This document shows, in pieces, positions 1-11,800 of a stretch of 64,000 nucleotides of DNA. The notes beneath the pieces were generated by a model. The model made no database searches, was not told where the DNA came from, and saw only the letters and a list, made by a program, of their open reading frames with translations. Positions within the stretch are counted from its first letter, which is position 1, and every line of letters starts with the position of its first letter. This DNA is from Podarcis liolepis (lineage: Eukaryota). The stretch lies in the NCBI GenBank assembly GCA_965112155.1, contig OZ218099.1, one strand, 5' to 3'. The translations under genes and the position numbers were made by a program.

Positions 1-119
1 CCTTTAACTTTACCTTTACTATGAGACAATAGAGTCTATTGTCCTAGATAAAGAGATTGATCACTAACTCTTCAAGAGGCAACTATTCCACTGTATGAGT
101 AGATTTTTTATTTTTATTA

Positions 120-1020
120 TGGATCCTTTTCTATCAAGGATTCAGGTCCGGTTTTGGAGACTGCCTTGGTCTCCTGGGGGATAATCTTTGCCAGGAAAGG
201 GGCAAACCCAGGAGAAATGCCATCAAAGGAACAATGGCAAGAGAAGTTGATGAACTATGCAGAGTTGGCAAAGTTAACAGATAAACTGCATGAAAAAGAC
301 AATAGTGATTTTGACAAAGAATGGGAACCTTTTACATCATATCTGCAGACAGAAACAACAACAAAAATATAGAGTCATTGGCAGACTTTAAATAAACATT
401 TGAAGTTTTATTTATAAAAAAAATAGGAAACATAATAGTAGGACAATATAGAAGTATATATAAACAGCAGAATGTGATATGAGATGTAATAAACCAGGGA
501 TGGAAGTTGAGGGAAGTCAGTGGGGAAGGGGGAAATTGAAATTTGAATGTAATGAAATGATTACAGATATTGTTAAAGAAAAGAAAAGAAAAACCCAGTA
601 AAATGATTTATTTATTTTTAAAAAAGGAAAGGGGCAAACCCTGTTGATTCTCCTAGATTTCTCAATGACTCCTGAATCCTGATACCCTTGAACATGACAT
701 CTTTTGGGAGAGGTGGCGGGACTGCTCAGTTGGAGATGGAGATACTTTTGAAGGGTTTATCTGCCCAGGTAAGTGGCATTCAGCTTGTTCCAGAGGGGTT
801 GCACTCACCCTAAAGGATCAGGGTAACCATCTGATCCATTTTTATTGCTGGAGGTTCAGCAACTTAGGCTGGTATGCCAAGTGCAGCCTGGCCTCAGTTA
901 TCCATACATTTGGGTGATTATATGGGCCTGCCTTTGAAATAATTCAGAATATGAGTGCAAGATTGCTAAAGGGGACTGGGTGATTTGAGCACATCATACC
1001 AGTATTTCATTGTCTTCACA
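120..1020 (+). mobile_element. Degenerate L2-clade LINE RT fragment, interrupted by an L1
   Basis: Remnants resembling QSGFRPG..ETALV, then LLILLDFS after the insertion, and a QN-x-x-ARLL motif near 945-970. Confidence 0.65.
210..624 (+). mobile_element. 5'-truncated L1-type LINE 3' end with 17-bp TSD
   Basis: ORF2 C-terminus-like peptide (PSKEQWQEKLMNYAELAKLT...EWEPF) and A-rich tail. Direct repeat aggaaaggggcaaaccc at 193-209 and 625-641. Confidence 0.8.
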
Positions 1021-1744
1021 AGCAGGGCCTGAGTGGAACTCTCCCCACCTGTGATTCTCTGCAGCTGGTATTCAGAGGCATGCATAATGCTTCTGACATT
1101 AGAATCAAAGCACCATTTATAAAGTGTGTGCTCTGCCACTAAATTTATAGCTCTTCTTGCTATGTGCTCTGGAGTATTCAACTTTCTGAGCATAAATATT
1201 TTCCATGCTAGAAGACACAAATTGTCCTAACAAATTAGTCTCAGGGAGAGGATTACCAAATTGTATAACCATTTCCCCACCACCTCACCAGATTCAATGG
1301 TGCTTGAAAACTCCTCTAACCTTTTCAGATTCCAGGCTTAACATGCAAACACTCCAGATCTTCACAAAAGTCAGCTTAAGGAAACCATTTATTATTTATG
1401 AACCTTAAGGTCATGCATGAACTTTCTTGATGTCCAGTGGATCTTTTTGGAGATTTCTTGGTTGTTGTCATATTAAAATTTATTTGGTTTTTCTTAGCGT
1501 GTGAGGGAGAGTGCAGATTCAGACATAATTAGGAAAATCTTCTTTAAAAGTCTGTCGCCTCCTCTTCCAGCAGACACTTGACATTTTCCCTAATGTCATT
1601 CACAATGGTGATATTTACATTGTATGTCTTAGGGATGCATTTGGTTATTCCGTCTCAGCCCATGTTTTGAGGTTAGAAACTATACTAAATTCATTCTGTA
1701 ACCAAATACAGAGCATCACAAATAGAACATTCAGGCCTGGGTGA

Positions 1745-2865
1745 CTGTACAAGAAAACTGAGAGAAGATTTGGGGTATAATATACAGTTTGCAGCATGGG
1801 AAAAACTATGGAGAGAGGATCTGAAATTTACAGCGTGGTATACATTGAAATAAAATTATATGAAAATGATGTACCGCTGGTATGTAACCCCCAGTAAATT
1901 AGCCAAAATGTACGGGACAAGCTACAATGTTTGTTGGAAATGTAAGGAGAAGGAGGGCACCTTTTACCATAAGTAGTGGAATTGTAAAGTGATCAAGGAA
2001 TTCTACAAAATGATATACAATGAGTTGAAGAAAATATTTAATAATCTTTGTTAAAAAAACAGAAACCTTTTTTGTTATGAATTGTAGGTGCAGAGATACT
2101 GAAGGAACTGAAAAGTCTGTTTATGTACACGACAACAGCTGCAAGGATGCTGCTTGCCCAGAGCTGAAAGATGATAAGATACCTACGAGGGCAGACTGGC
2201 AGATGAAATTATTGGACTATGCAGAGATGGCAAGGAAAATCAGAAATCAGAAGGATCAAAACTTCAACAGAGAATGGGACAAATATAGATTGTATTTGAA
2301 AGACCACTGTAAACATTTGAACTCTTTGGCAGGTTTTAAATAACTCTTACAATGATACATCGACTTTGGATATAATGGACAGGGCCGCCTTTACCCAGGG
2401 GTGGGGGGCACCTGGGTGCTGAATTCTGCGGGGTGCCAGGCACCCGCTGCTTAAGCTCTTAACTATCTACCTGTTATGAAATAGTAATTTTGATCAAGGT
2501 AGAAGAACAAAATACATATATACCTAGGTACTACCGAAATGTATACCTACTGTTTCACTAAAAGACTTTTGACTTTGTGTGCTCATTTACCAAAGATGTG
2601 CCGTGCCAGTGGTGGTGCTTGTCATTCACAAGGCTAAACGAAATTTGGGGGTGCTGGGAGGATCCTTGCACCCCGGCGGCACATATGCTAAAGACAACAC
2701 TGATAATGGAGGACTGTTAACTAGATGTACTTATGATATGCAGTTGGAAAAGTTACTTAAAGAACCCATGGAGGGGAGGAGTGAAGTCTTAGGATTCGAA
2801 AGAATCTTGTATAAAATTCAAATATTTGCAAGAATATTATTTCTGTGAATGAACTTGTAAATAAC
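1745..2865 (+). mobile_element. L1-type LINE 3' fragment with CCHC zinc knuckle
   Basis: [17 protein letters not shown]...[16 protein letters not shown], followed by an ORF2 tail related to 210-372. Contains stops and frameshifts. Confidence 0.8.
2380..2702. mobile_element. Non-autonomous hAT element nested in the L1
   Basis: 8-bp TSD ataatgga at 2372-2379 and 2703-2710. Imperfect TIRs CAGGGCCGCCTTTA and CAGTGTTGTCTTTA. Confidence 0.8.
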
Positions 2866-2869
2866 TATC

Positions 2870-2911
<42 letters not shown>

Positions 2912-2916
2912 GTATC

Positions 2917-2956
<40 letters not shown>
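2866..2956. repeat. (TATC)n microsatellite, resuming at ~3218-3285
   Basis: Read directly from the sequence. Confidence 0.95.
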
Positions 2957-2957
<1 letters not shown>

Positions 2958-3218
2958 GAGAGCCAGTGTGGTGCAGTGGTTAAGAGCGGTAGTCTTATAA
3001 TCTGGGAAACCGGGTTCGAGTCTCCGCTCCTCCACATGCAGCTGCTGGGTGACCTTGGGCTAGTCACACTTCTTTGAAGTCTCTCTGCCCCACTCACCTC
3101 ACAGAGTGTTTGTTGTGGGGGAGGAAGGGAAAGGAGAATGTTAGCCGCTTTGAGACTCCTTAAGGGGAGTGAAAGGCGGGATATTAAATCCAAACTCTTC
3201 TTCTTCTTCTTCTTCTTC
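2957..3218 (+). mobile_element. tRNA-derived squamate SINE (Squam3-like) with (TTC)n tail
   Basis: A box tggtgcagtgg, B box gggttcgagtc, core ctgggtgaccttgggctagtcac, and (ttc)n tail. Confidence 0.8.
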
Positions 3219-3230
3219 TATCTATTTATC

Positions 3231-3273
<43 letters not shown>

Positions 3274-4850
3274 CTATCATCTATCTCCGAGAGAAGAAAT
3301 CCAGTACTGAAACATCCATTGAGGAATCATTCAGGGGCAAGTTAAGGGTCAGCCAATTGGTATTCCCCCCCCCAATAACACTATAATTTAACATGGAATT
3401 TTATCCTGTCTTCTAATAACAATATTCAACAGCTTCCTGTGCAGCTGGTTTTGAGCACCTCAACACTTGGAGCTACTTTAAAGCTTCTACAGTTCAGATA
3501 AATGGATCTTCTAAGTAGGAGTCTAAAAACACATGGACTTTTTTCTTCTGCTCAGGCAAATCGACAGTGACAGTGGAATAGGCGATTGCGGCACAGGGGG
3601 AGGGGACTTTGGTAGTGATAATAATCAATTTGGTGACATGACTGTGGAGAGCTGCAATGGCCCTTGAGAGGAATCAGAATACTTTTTTCTGAGTTGCTAA
3701 ACAAACAAACAAATCCATTACTTTGAAATAATATCATATTGCTCAGCATTATAGAAGCAAGGCATCTTCCTTTGTTTTACTGTCTGTTTTTATCATCCGT
3801 TGTGCCACTGTTAAAAAGCAATAGTTTTATAAGCTGTAGGAGCCAATCTGCTGTTGTCTGTCTGTATATTCCTGAAAACTTTACATGGTCTGACAGAGAA
3901 AATTGCCCTTTGCATTCACGGTTGGCAGAGGAAACAAGCTGAAAGTATGTCCAGTTCTTATAAAACACTGACAACCTCACAATGCACCAAGCAATAAAAA
4001 GAATAGATTTTCTATCCTCTGCTTAAAGTGGTAGAATAAAAGGGAGCTGGAAGAAAAGGGGAAACTTTTTTAAGGGCCATGTACGCATCAGAGTTAAACT
4101 GGGTCACTCTGCAATGCAACGTAGATTTTTACTGCATATAAATTTAGCAGCTTTCTTTGGCATTAGGCGTGTGCCAGCAGCCTTTTTCTGTTATCTCAAG
4201 TTCAGAGCAGGTCCATTGAGGTACTATGAAATTTGAGCCAGGTATCGTAAATGGTAGTAGTTAGAAAAGGAACTGTTGTCAATTATAAAAGACATGTTGG
4301 TTGATGTTGCACCTAGATTAATACTGGGGAAATGTTAACTGAATCTGAAATTGGATAGATGCAAGTAGTTTTCCTGCTTGTTTTTCAAATGCATGACTGA
4401 GCACTCTCTCCTTAGCCGCATGTTAAAAAATAAAACAAATAAAAAAAGCTTGTAAAGGCAAGGGATTCAAGCATCTTTTTCTGGAAGGCTAATGAATATT
4501 AAGTTCTCTTTCAGGAGCTTCACAGATATGTATTTCCACTGGAAAATCAGGGATTTGTGCGCAGTTAGGAACAAACTTTCACAAGAGATGTGTCGCTGCC
4601 TCTGAAAACAGGAGCCTCAGTCACATTCCTGCCTTCTCTCTTCCCTGCTAACAATACCTCACCATACTGTATGCTTTGCCACCCTGCTTCACTTCCTTGG
4701 TTGCTATTTGGGGAGAGGGGCTGTCCCACATATGTTTTTTACTAGTTATTGCAGAGGGGAGGAGGAGTTGATTTGGGGTTGCTGCTGTCAAATTCATGCC
4801 ATACATTTAAAACACATGGCTTCCCCCCAGGGAATCCTGGGAACTGTATC

Positions 4851-4997
4851 CAGTGGCGTAGCATGGGGGGTGCAGGGGGGGCCGGCCGCACCGGGCGCAA
4901 CATCTGGGGGTTAGGGTTAGGGGGCGCAAATCCACGGGTTAGGGGGCACAAATTACTTGCCTTGCCCCGGGTGCTGACAACCCACGCTACGCCACTG
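4851..4997. mobile_element. hAT-type MITE, 147 bp, containing TTAGGG motifs
   Basis: TIR CAGTGGCGTAGC(A/G)TGGG matches at 16/17 positions. Perfect 8-bp TSD actgtatc at 4843-4850 and 4998-5005. Confidence 0.9.
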
Positions 4998-5546
4998 ACT
5001 GTATCTCCCACCTCACCCCAATTGCTAGCATAGGTGCCAACTCCTTGGGGCCCTGGAACACTCACAAAATTCCCCATGAAGAGGCCAGGCACCCACAAAT
5101 TTTGGTGCCAAGGCCATGCACGCTGCATGGGTACCCATGGCCCCAGGCACCCAAGTCATGGGGCCAAGCTGTTACTCCTGATTCCGAGCATAGTTCCCAG
5201 GATTCATGTGGTGAAGTCACATGCTTTTAATGTGCATTAGATGCGCTTTTAATATATGGTGTGTATCTGTATGCTGGCGGCTGCCTGTCTCACCTAGCGT
5301 TTAGTTCCGGTCTGATGAGCGCTCTAGGAATTGCACTTGGAGAGATCTGATTTGATAACTAAATTCAGAGTGCTTACCTCAACTGTAAGTTATTAGCCGG
5401 TGACTAAATACACAAACGCATGTTTTGACACCACCATACTACAGCTATTTTGTAGCCTCTGCTTTTAAGTTTGTGCTCCTTTTCATATTGTTTCCTCATT
5501 CCCCTTCAGACACCATTTGATACCAAAACGGGAATGTGGTGAATGT

Positions 5547-5780
5547 GCCAGTGTGGTGTACTGGTTTAGGTGTTGGACTAGGACCTGGGAGACCAGGGTT
5601 CAAATCAGGCATGGAGCTCACTGTGTGGTCTTGGGCCAGTTCCCTTCTCTCTCTTAGCCTAGCCTCCCACACCAGCCTGTGGTGATGATAAAGTGAGAGC
5701 GAGAACCATAGATATCATCTGGAGTTCCTTGGAAGAGAGGTGGGATATAAATGCTAAAATAAGAATATTATTATTATTAA
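5547..5780 (+). mobile_element. Old tRNA-derived SINE (MIR/Squam3-like)
   Basis: gccagtgtggtgta...cagggttcaaatc head and AT-rich tail. Confidence 0.65.
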
Positions 5781-8167
5781 TTTTAAACCCAAATGAATAT
5801 TAACGCACCAAAAATCTGGAAAAAATGCAGCAATCCTGTTCCAAAGCAGATCTTAACATGAATTTTCATGTGCAAGCTCACTGCTGAATTTTCTTTCTCA
5901 TAGGCAAGGTTCAGGTTGGTTTCTATGCTATTTAAAACTCCACAATTTTCCTCTTTGACTGAAACTGTGTTTCTTCAGAGCTTCCCATTCAGAATTGCTT
6001 CAGAGTCAAGTAGAAGCTCTTTATCTCATGATCTCTTGTTTGCAATTCAGCAGGATGCTGGCTTAATTACAGAATGTGATGGTGGCTGAGTTTACAGCCC
6101 ACCAGATGGTTATGTCAGTTGTTAAAAGCGCAAGATCCCCACCCATCCATTGGAATGTTGTCACAGCTCTCCTACGCTGGATTGGCATTAGTTAAGATGG
6201 CTGCTTTGTTTAGCAGTGAATGAAGTTAAAGAAAGATGGTGAGGTTTGCTGCACTTTTGTAGATGCCAAACGTGTAACAATATGGAGGACGCCATAGGTT
6301 GTGTGGTTTCAGCTCCCTTAGGAAAGCTGGAATTTAGATGAAGCTGCTTGGAAAAATTTGCAACATGGAGGCAAGGTGCAAAACAAAGGCATAGCCTGTA
6401 TTACCAGTACAATTTGCAAAAGGTGGCTTCTTGTAAAGGACAAGGCAATTTATACCTGGTGCTGGACTTGCCGCACTAGACATCCTATTCCCTTTTAAAA
6501 TGTGTTGTTTTTATTTTGGTTATATATTTTGTGGTTTTATATTCTGATTTTATTCTGTGAACCACCTTGAGACCTGTGGGTGTAGGGCGGTATATAAATT
6601 CAATAAATAAAAATAATAATAGAAAAGTGAAAATTTAATCATGTACACAAGTGGAAGCATGAAATCTGAAAACATAGCACTGTAGGAAGTCCCGTATGAC
6701 CATTTGTGGGAAGACCAATTGCCTTCCACTCATGGTTTTATTTTGTTAACTCCCTGCTTTTTCTGCATTGTGTTTATCTTCTCCTGCTTCCTAGATTTAA
6801 TGCTTACTTTTTCTTTGTTAGCATGAAAGTCAAAACCTGCTCAGATATTGCATGATGGGCTATAATTTAATATGGTATTTAACCTTTTAAATGTGCTTAT
6901 CCTTTTCTCTTTTTTGTGTGTGTCTACCGCTAAGTCATTTCACAGTTGAGTTGCAGTAGTCAGCAAATGAACCCATTCACAATATCCACATGGATATCAC
7001 TGAAATAAAACCAGCTATGAATATCAACCAGCTACTTCTTCTGCCTTCATAAAACCTTCTATATTGGGGTGATGCACAGCGATGCAAGATTTAGGCTGGG
7101 TTCTCTGCATGGTGTTGTGACTCTAGTCTATTTCTCGACTACTCCCCATGCTTGTTGAGACAGTAAGCTCTTCTGTGCAATGCCTTCTTTCATTGTAAGT
7201 GCTCTCATATTTGCATAGATGACATTATGTCAACATTATACACAAAAGTGTATATAAAAACCCACCTCTAGGATTCCCCCTCTTGTACACTAACAGTGCA
7301 ATCCTACACATTTCTGTTCAGAAGTAAATCTTGCTGAGTGCAATAGTGGGCATAGCTTTGCAGCATTGAAAAACTAAAACCAAAGCAGGGCTGTGCGTCA
7401 GAAGGTGTCTTAGTGTCCAGGGGCTCTCACTGAATTCTATGCAGCAAAACAAATAGGCTGTAAATGGCAACAATATTGGGAGATAAATTGGGTTCATTGG
7501 GTACAGATTTAGCTCACATTCCAATAAAATTATTGGGAACACATCCTTTAATTTTTTTAATCCTTTAATTTTGCTTCCAGGGCATTTTGAGATGTATTTT
7601 CAACAAACATGGAAGGTACTGTGCCAAACAGCTAGAAACTATTTTTTTTAAAAAGAAAAGAAAATTAATGCAGCCCTTGGATCACCTTGCAAAACTGTAG
7701 GTAGTTGACCAGTGTTCTGGAAAGGTTTTATTGCAGAAGTCTAATGCATGTACCTCTATCCTCATCCAAGCACTGGTGTGGACGGTGCAAACCAGGGATA
7801 CTGGCTCCAAATTGTGGCACAGACATAATTCTCTCTCACTGTTCATGGGCCCTTTTTTGCATTGAGATGGAGAAATGAACTTGCTTGGAAAAAATATGGG
7901 TTTGTTCCCACTGATAATAGTATAAGGTCAGTGGCAGAGAAAGAGAGAGACAGATTAAGAGTGAATCAAATAATGAAATCCAACCTTCAATTGTGCCCCA
8001 ATTTAAGCTGTAAAAAATTCACCAATTGGAGACTATCCTCAAGGTTGTATATAGAGGAAATCCAGCAAGAGAAATGTTTGCAATTTGGCCTTTTACATAT
8101 AGTCATATTGCTACCACAGAGGAGATTACTTTTATTGTAAACCATCTTGGGAGTAAATTAAGAAATT

Positions 8168-8375
8168 GTCCAGTAGCATCTTAGAAATCAATTAAGTTTG
8201 TTCTGGGTATAAGCTTTTGTGTGCATGCACACTTCTTCAGATACAAAGTTGATCTGAAGAAGTGTGCATGTACATATACCCAGCTTATACCCAGAACAAA
8301 CTTGGTCTCTAATTTTTGGGACAATTTAAAATTTATTTATTTCAACCGCGTCAGACCAACACAGCTACCTACCTG
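8168..8375. mobile_element. Degenerate inverted Penelope-type terminal fragment with decayed hammerhead cores
   Basis: Same family as 19782-20174. Inverted arms surround ~8245-8251. GAAA is mutated in both arms. Confidence 0.75.
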
Positions 8376-8448
8376 CACCTTGGAAATATTTTATATTGAA
8401 AGGCGAGGTATGAGTCAATAATGAAAGCAAATATTCTTTTACATTTTC

Positions 8449-8454
8449 TTTATT
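8449..8454 (-). terminator. Candidate distal polyadenylation signal AATAAA
   Basis: + strand tttatt at the edge of the repeat-poor block; transposon remnants resume just beyond it. Confidence 0.5.
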
Positions 8455-8777
8455 TATATTTTTTTAGTTTAAGAATTACACACTAGCCAACATTATTATA
8501 TATTTACATGCTGAAACTGGCTGTAGTAAGTTTAGATTCAAGAAAATATCTCTTATGTGCTACTCAATTTACAATCATCATTTGACTACCTCCATGATCC
8601 CAGAGGTTAGCAGTCCTTTTGAGAAAAACATGAAAATCTGATGCAATGATATCCACTAGTATTTTGCATTTTCTAGCCATTGGAAAATGTGCATTATGTG
8701 CATATTAGAAAGGCTACAAGGTCATTAGTAAGGCTGATGATTACTACATTATGAAGTAAATAGTACTAAGTAAAAAA

Positions 8778-8784
8778 AGAGAGA

Positions 8785-8828
<44 letters not shown>
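8778..8828. repeat. (GA)n microsatellite within the putative 3'UTR
   Basis: Read directly from the sequence. Confidence 0.95.
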
Positions 8829-8831
<3 letters not shown>

Positions 8832-11800
8832 GTGCAAAGACAGTACTAACAGAACCATTTAAACACCCATGCAAATTAAAATGTGAAAACTCAAAACATA
8901 GTCAACTTGATAGAATTTTTGGATGTTTTAAATGCCCGTGTTAACTAACTCAAACTGTACAATGAACCTTAAATATATTTTCGTGTGAAATTTCCTATAA
9001 ATGGCATTAACAATGAAAACATATAAAATGCTGATAAACTTGAATTAGATAACTTTTAGAGATGCGTGAAGCATTAAGAAAATAATTTAAACTAACTCTC
9101 CAACTAATATCGAACTGCAGCTAAGGTTGCCACCATTTCAAAATAATAGTAATAACAAATTCATCATCAGAGCACTTACAGAAATAATTTGACACATAAG
9201 GTATGTGTTGTATATAACCTGCAAAGATAATGAATTCCAATGTATCTATTAATTAAAATGGATAGAGATGCTATCTGTATAAGCTAAAATATGGTAGTGA
9301 TTAATTAACATTCCATTTATTCCTCAAAAATTCAGACAAATGTTTCCTAGTGCATTTTGTTAAACTTTACCTTTGGTGTTAAGCAGTGTCTTGATAGTGT
9401 TCCCTTTAAATAAATTTCTAAAGTAAAGATTCTTTGGCATGGGGGGGTTGGAGTAGGGCTAGGTTGGTAAGGAAGAGACTACTATACACTGACAAATATG
9501 CCTTTCTGAAGACATTTACCTTCATGAAACAATGTCTAGAGGCCTGACCTTCATTTATACTCAAGGGGAATGACGCAAAGAGCATGTGGGGTTCTGATAT
9601 GCACATGGAACTCTAAATGTGCATGACCCTGCTTTGGTGTTTGGTACGGAGGCACCAGACCCATGGTAAACTCATTGGTAGAGGACGATCACACAGGCAC
9701 AGTTCTTCTGTTCTAAGCCCACGTACTATAGCATGCATTGTCCATCTGCATTGCCCATTGTGCAGACCGCTCGCCTTTTAATTCTCCCATAACTGGAAAC
9801 ATGAGCTTTGCTCCTCTGTCATGATGGCAAAAAGCCACTATGTTCTAAAAGGTAGAGAATTTTTAAAGGAGCCCATTATAACACATAGGTCAGGTCTCCT
9901 CTCTCTACCCATAGGTATGCTCATTCGACTACATGACCTCATGTTGCCTGGGGTCTACTTTATAGCATGCTGATTAGCTCAAGGGTTAACTCAGAGCTGC
10001 CCATTAAAATGGAGTTGCACCAGCCCTATTCTCTCAAGATCATAGCTTTAGTGCAAGTGAACATCAAAGCACATCTTTCTGTTGCCATGTCTACAAAATT
10101 CGGCTATGGATCTCCAATCATAGAAGGAGCACTGCGCCAGCAGTTACTGCCCAGTCTCTTTAGTGTTGAGAAAGCTGAAATATCAATCACTCAATATGTG
10201 CAGGTATTTACGAGATGCTAATGCAAATAGGGCATGCGCACATGTACATCAGAGCCACTGGAAGGGGTGCTAACTGAAAACTCTCAGTCGCTTGATTTCT
10301 CTCTGCATTGTGTCAATGATCCAGCTAATGGTCTGTGCATTGACTGTTATAAAGTTGCACTTCCCACAGATTTGTGTGTTAAAATTCTTTTCTGGAATCC
10401 AAGTCTTATGCAAAAGGGTGTTTAAATTATTCTGCTAGAGAACTGCAAATATTGTACTTGGTTTTTTTAAAAAAATCACTGAACAATTACTGTTTCTATT
10501 GACTGCTCATTTACAGCTTATTTAAATATTTACATGATTTTAGGACACTAACCTAAACCATAAATAGAATCAGCTTTTTGCCTTACGTTAAGTACAAATT
10601 AGAAGTTAAAAATGTTAAGAAATCTGATAATATTTACACATGTTCGGTTTTAATTATGATTGCTCACTTTGTATGTTCTATGTACAGATAGCAAAATGTT
10701 ATGACCACTACTTTAAAAGTATTGTACCCTGGCCTTCCTTTTCGCTTTTTTTCCATATAAATATTTCGTATTTTTTCTGCTCCTTCTAGGTATTAGGACT
10801 TTTTTTTTAAAGTTACTAGTGGACAATGTTTTTATTTTAAAAAAAGAGAAGAAACAGGCAAGCAATGTGAGAGCTAGTCTACTTTGAGATGCTAGGAGGT
10901 ACAGTACTATCATAATGTCAAACTGTGAAATGCTTCGTAAGAATTATATGCATTGATCTGCTGATATAGAAATGCCCAGTTACCCTGTATAGTAAGATTT
11001 TAATTACATTAATAATTTGCTTTCTCAAAAAAATATTCACATATCATTTGAATATAGAAAGAAAACTGTTATTAGCTTATTCCTTTAAAACACCTATGTA
11101 AGAGTCTAGCCCAAATCCAGACAACCACAAGAGCTACAGGAGGGAGGATGCCTGCCTGCGTACCAAAAAAGAAAGAAAGAAAAGAAAAGAAAAGATAGGG
11201 CTCAGCAGCACCGTCTTAGTCTCAGCCCGGATCATCCACCAGGAAGGCAAGAGCAGGCAGTGCTTGCTTTTGACTCTGTGAGCCCTCTTCTCCTTTCCCA
11301 TAACTGACTGGCAGTATAAGCATCTCACCCCCTTCAGTACAGATCATCTCTTAAGTGGGGGGCAGGATCATCAAGACAGAGTCCACGTGAGCTTTTGCTT
11401 ACTCCTCATTCCTGTTTCCTTCTCACTGTGCGGATGTGATATAAAGGGAGAAACCATGATCCCACAACTCTGCTAGGGTTACAAACAGTTTGATAGATCT
11501 TGGAATTTCACCTCCCCACCCCCCAAATTCCTTTTGGCAACCTTCCTGCACCTCAATAAAGCAGAAACCCATTTCCATGTGGGTCGCTCTCACTGGATTA
11601 GGATGTCTGTGTGTATATATCACGTATATTACACGCACACACACACAGAGGAATATATATACACATATTGGCATACATGTCTATATATTCGTTGTTTGCT
11701 TGGATAATGTTTAGTGTTTTGTTTTGTTCGCTTACATTAACTTTGCTAACTATGAAATTGGAACACAGTTTCAGGTTTGCTTTTTGTTTTTGTTTTTTTA

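Noticed and set aside
2957-3040. tRNA-like A and B boxes (also at 47464, 50075 and 60924)
   Set aside because: These are SINE heads with no full cloverleaf, not tRNA genes.
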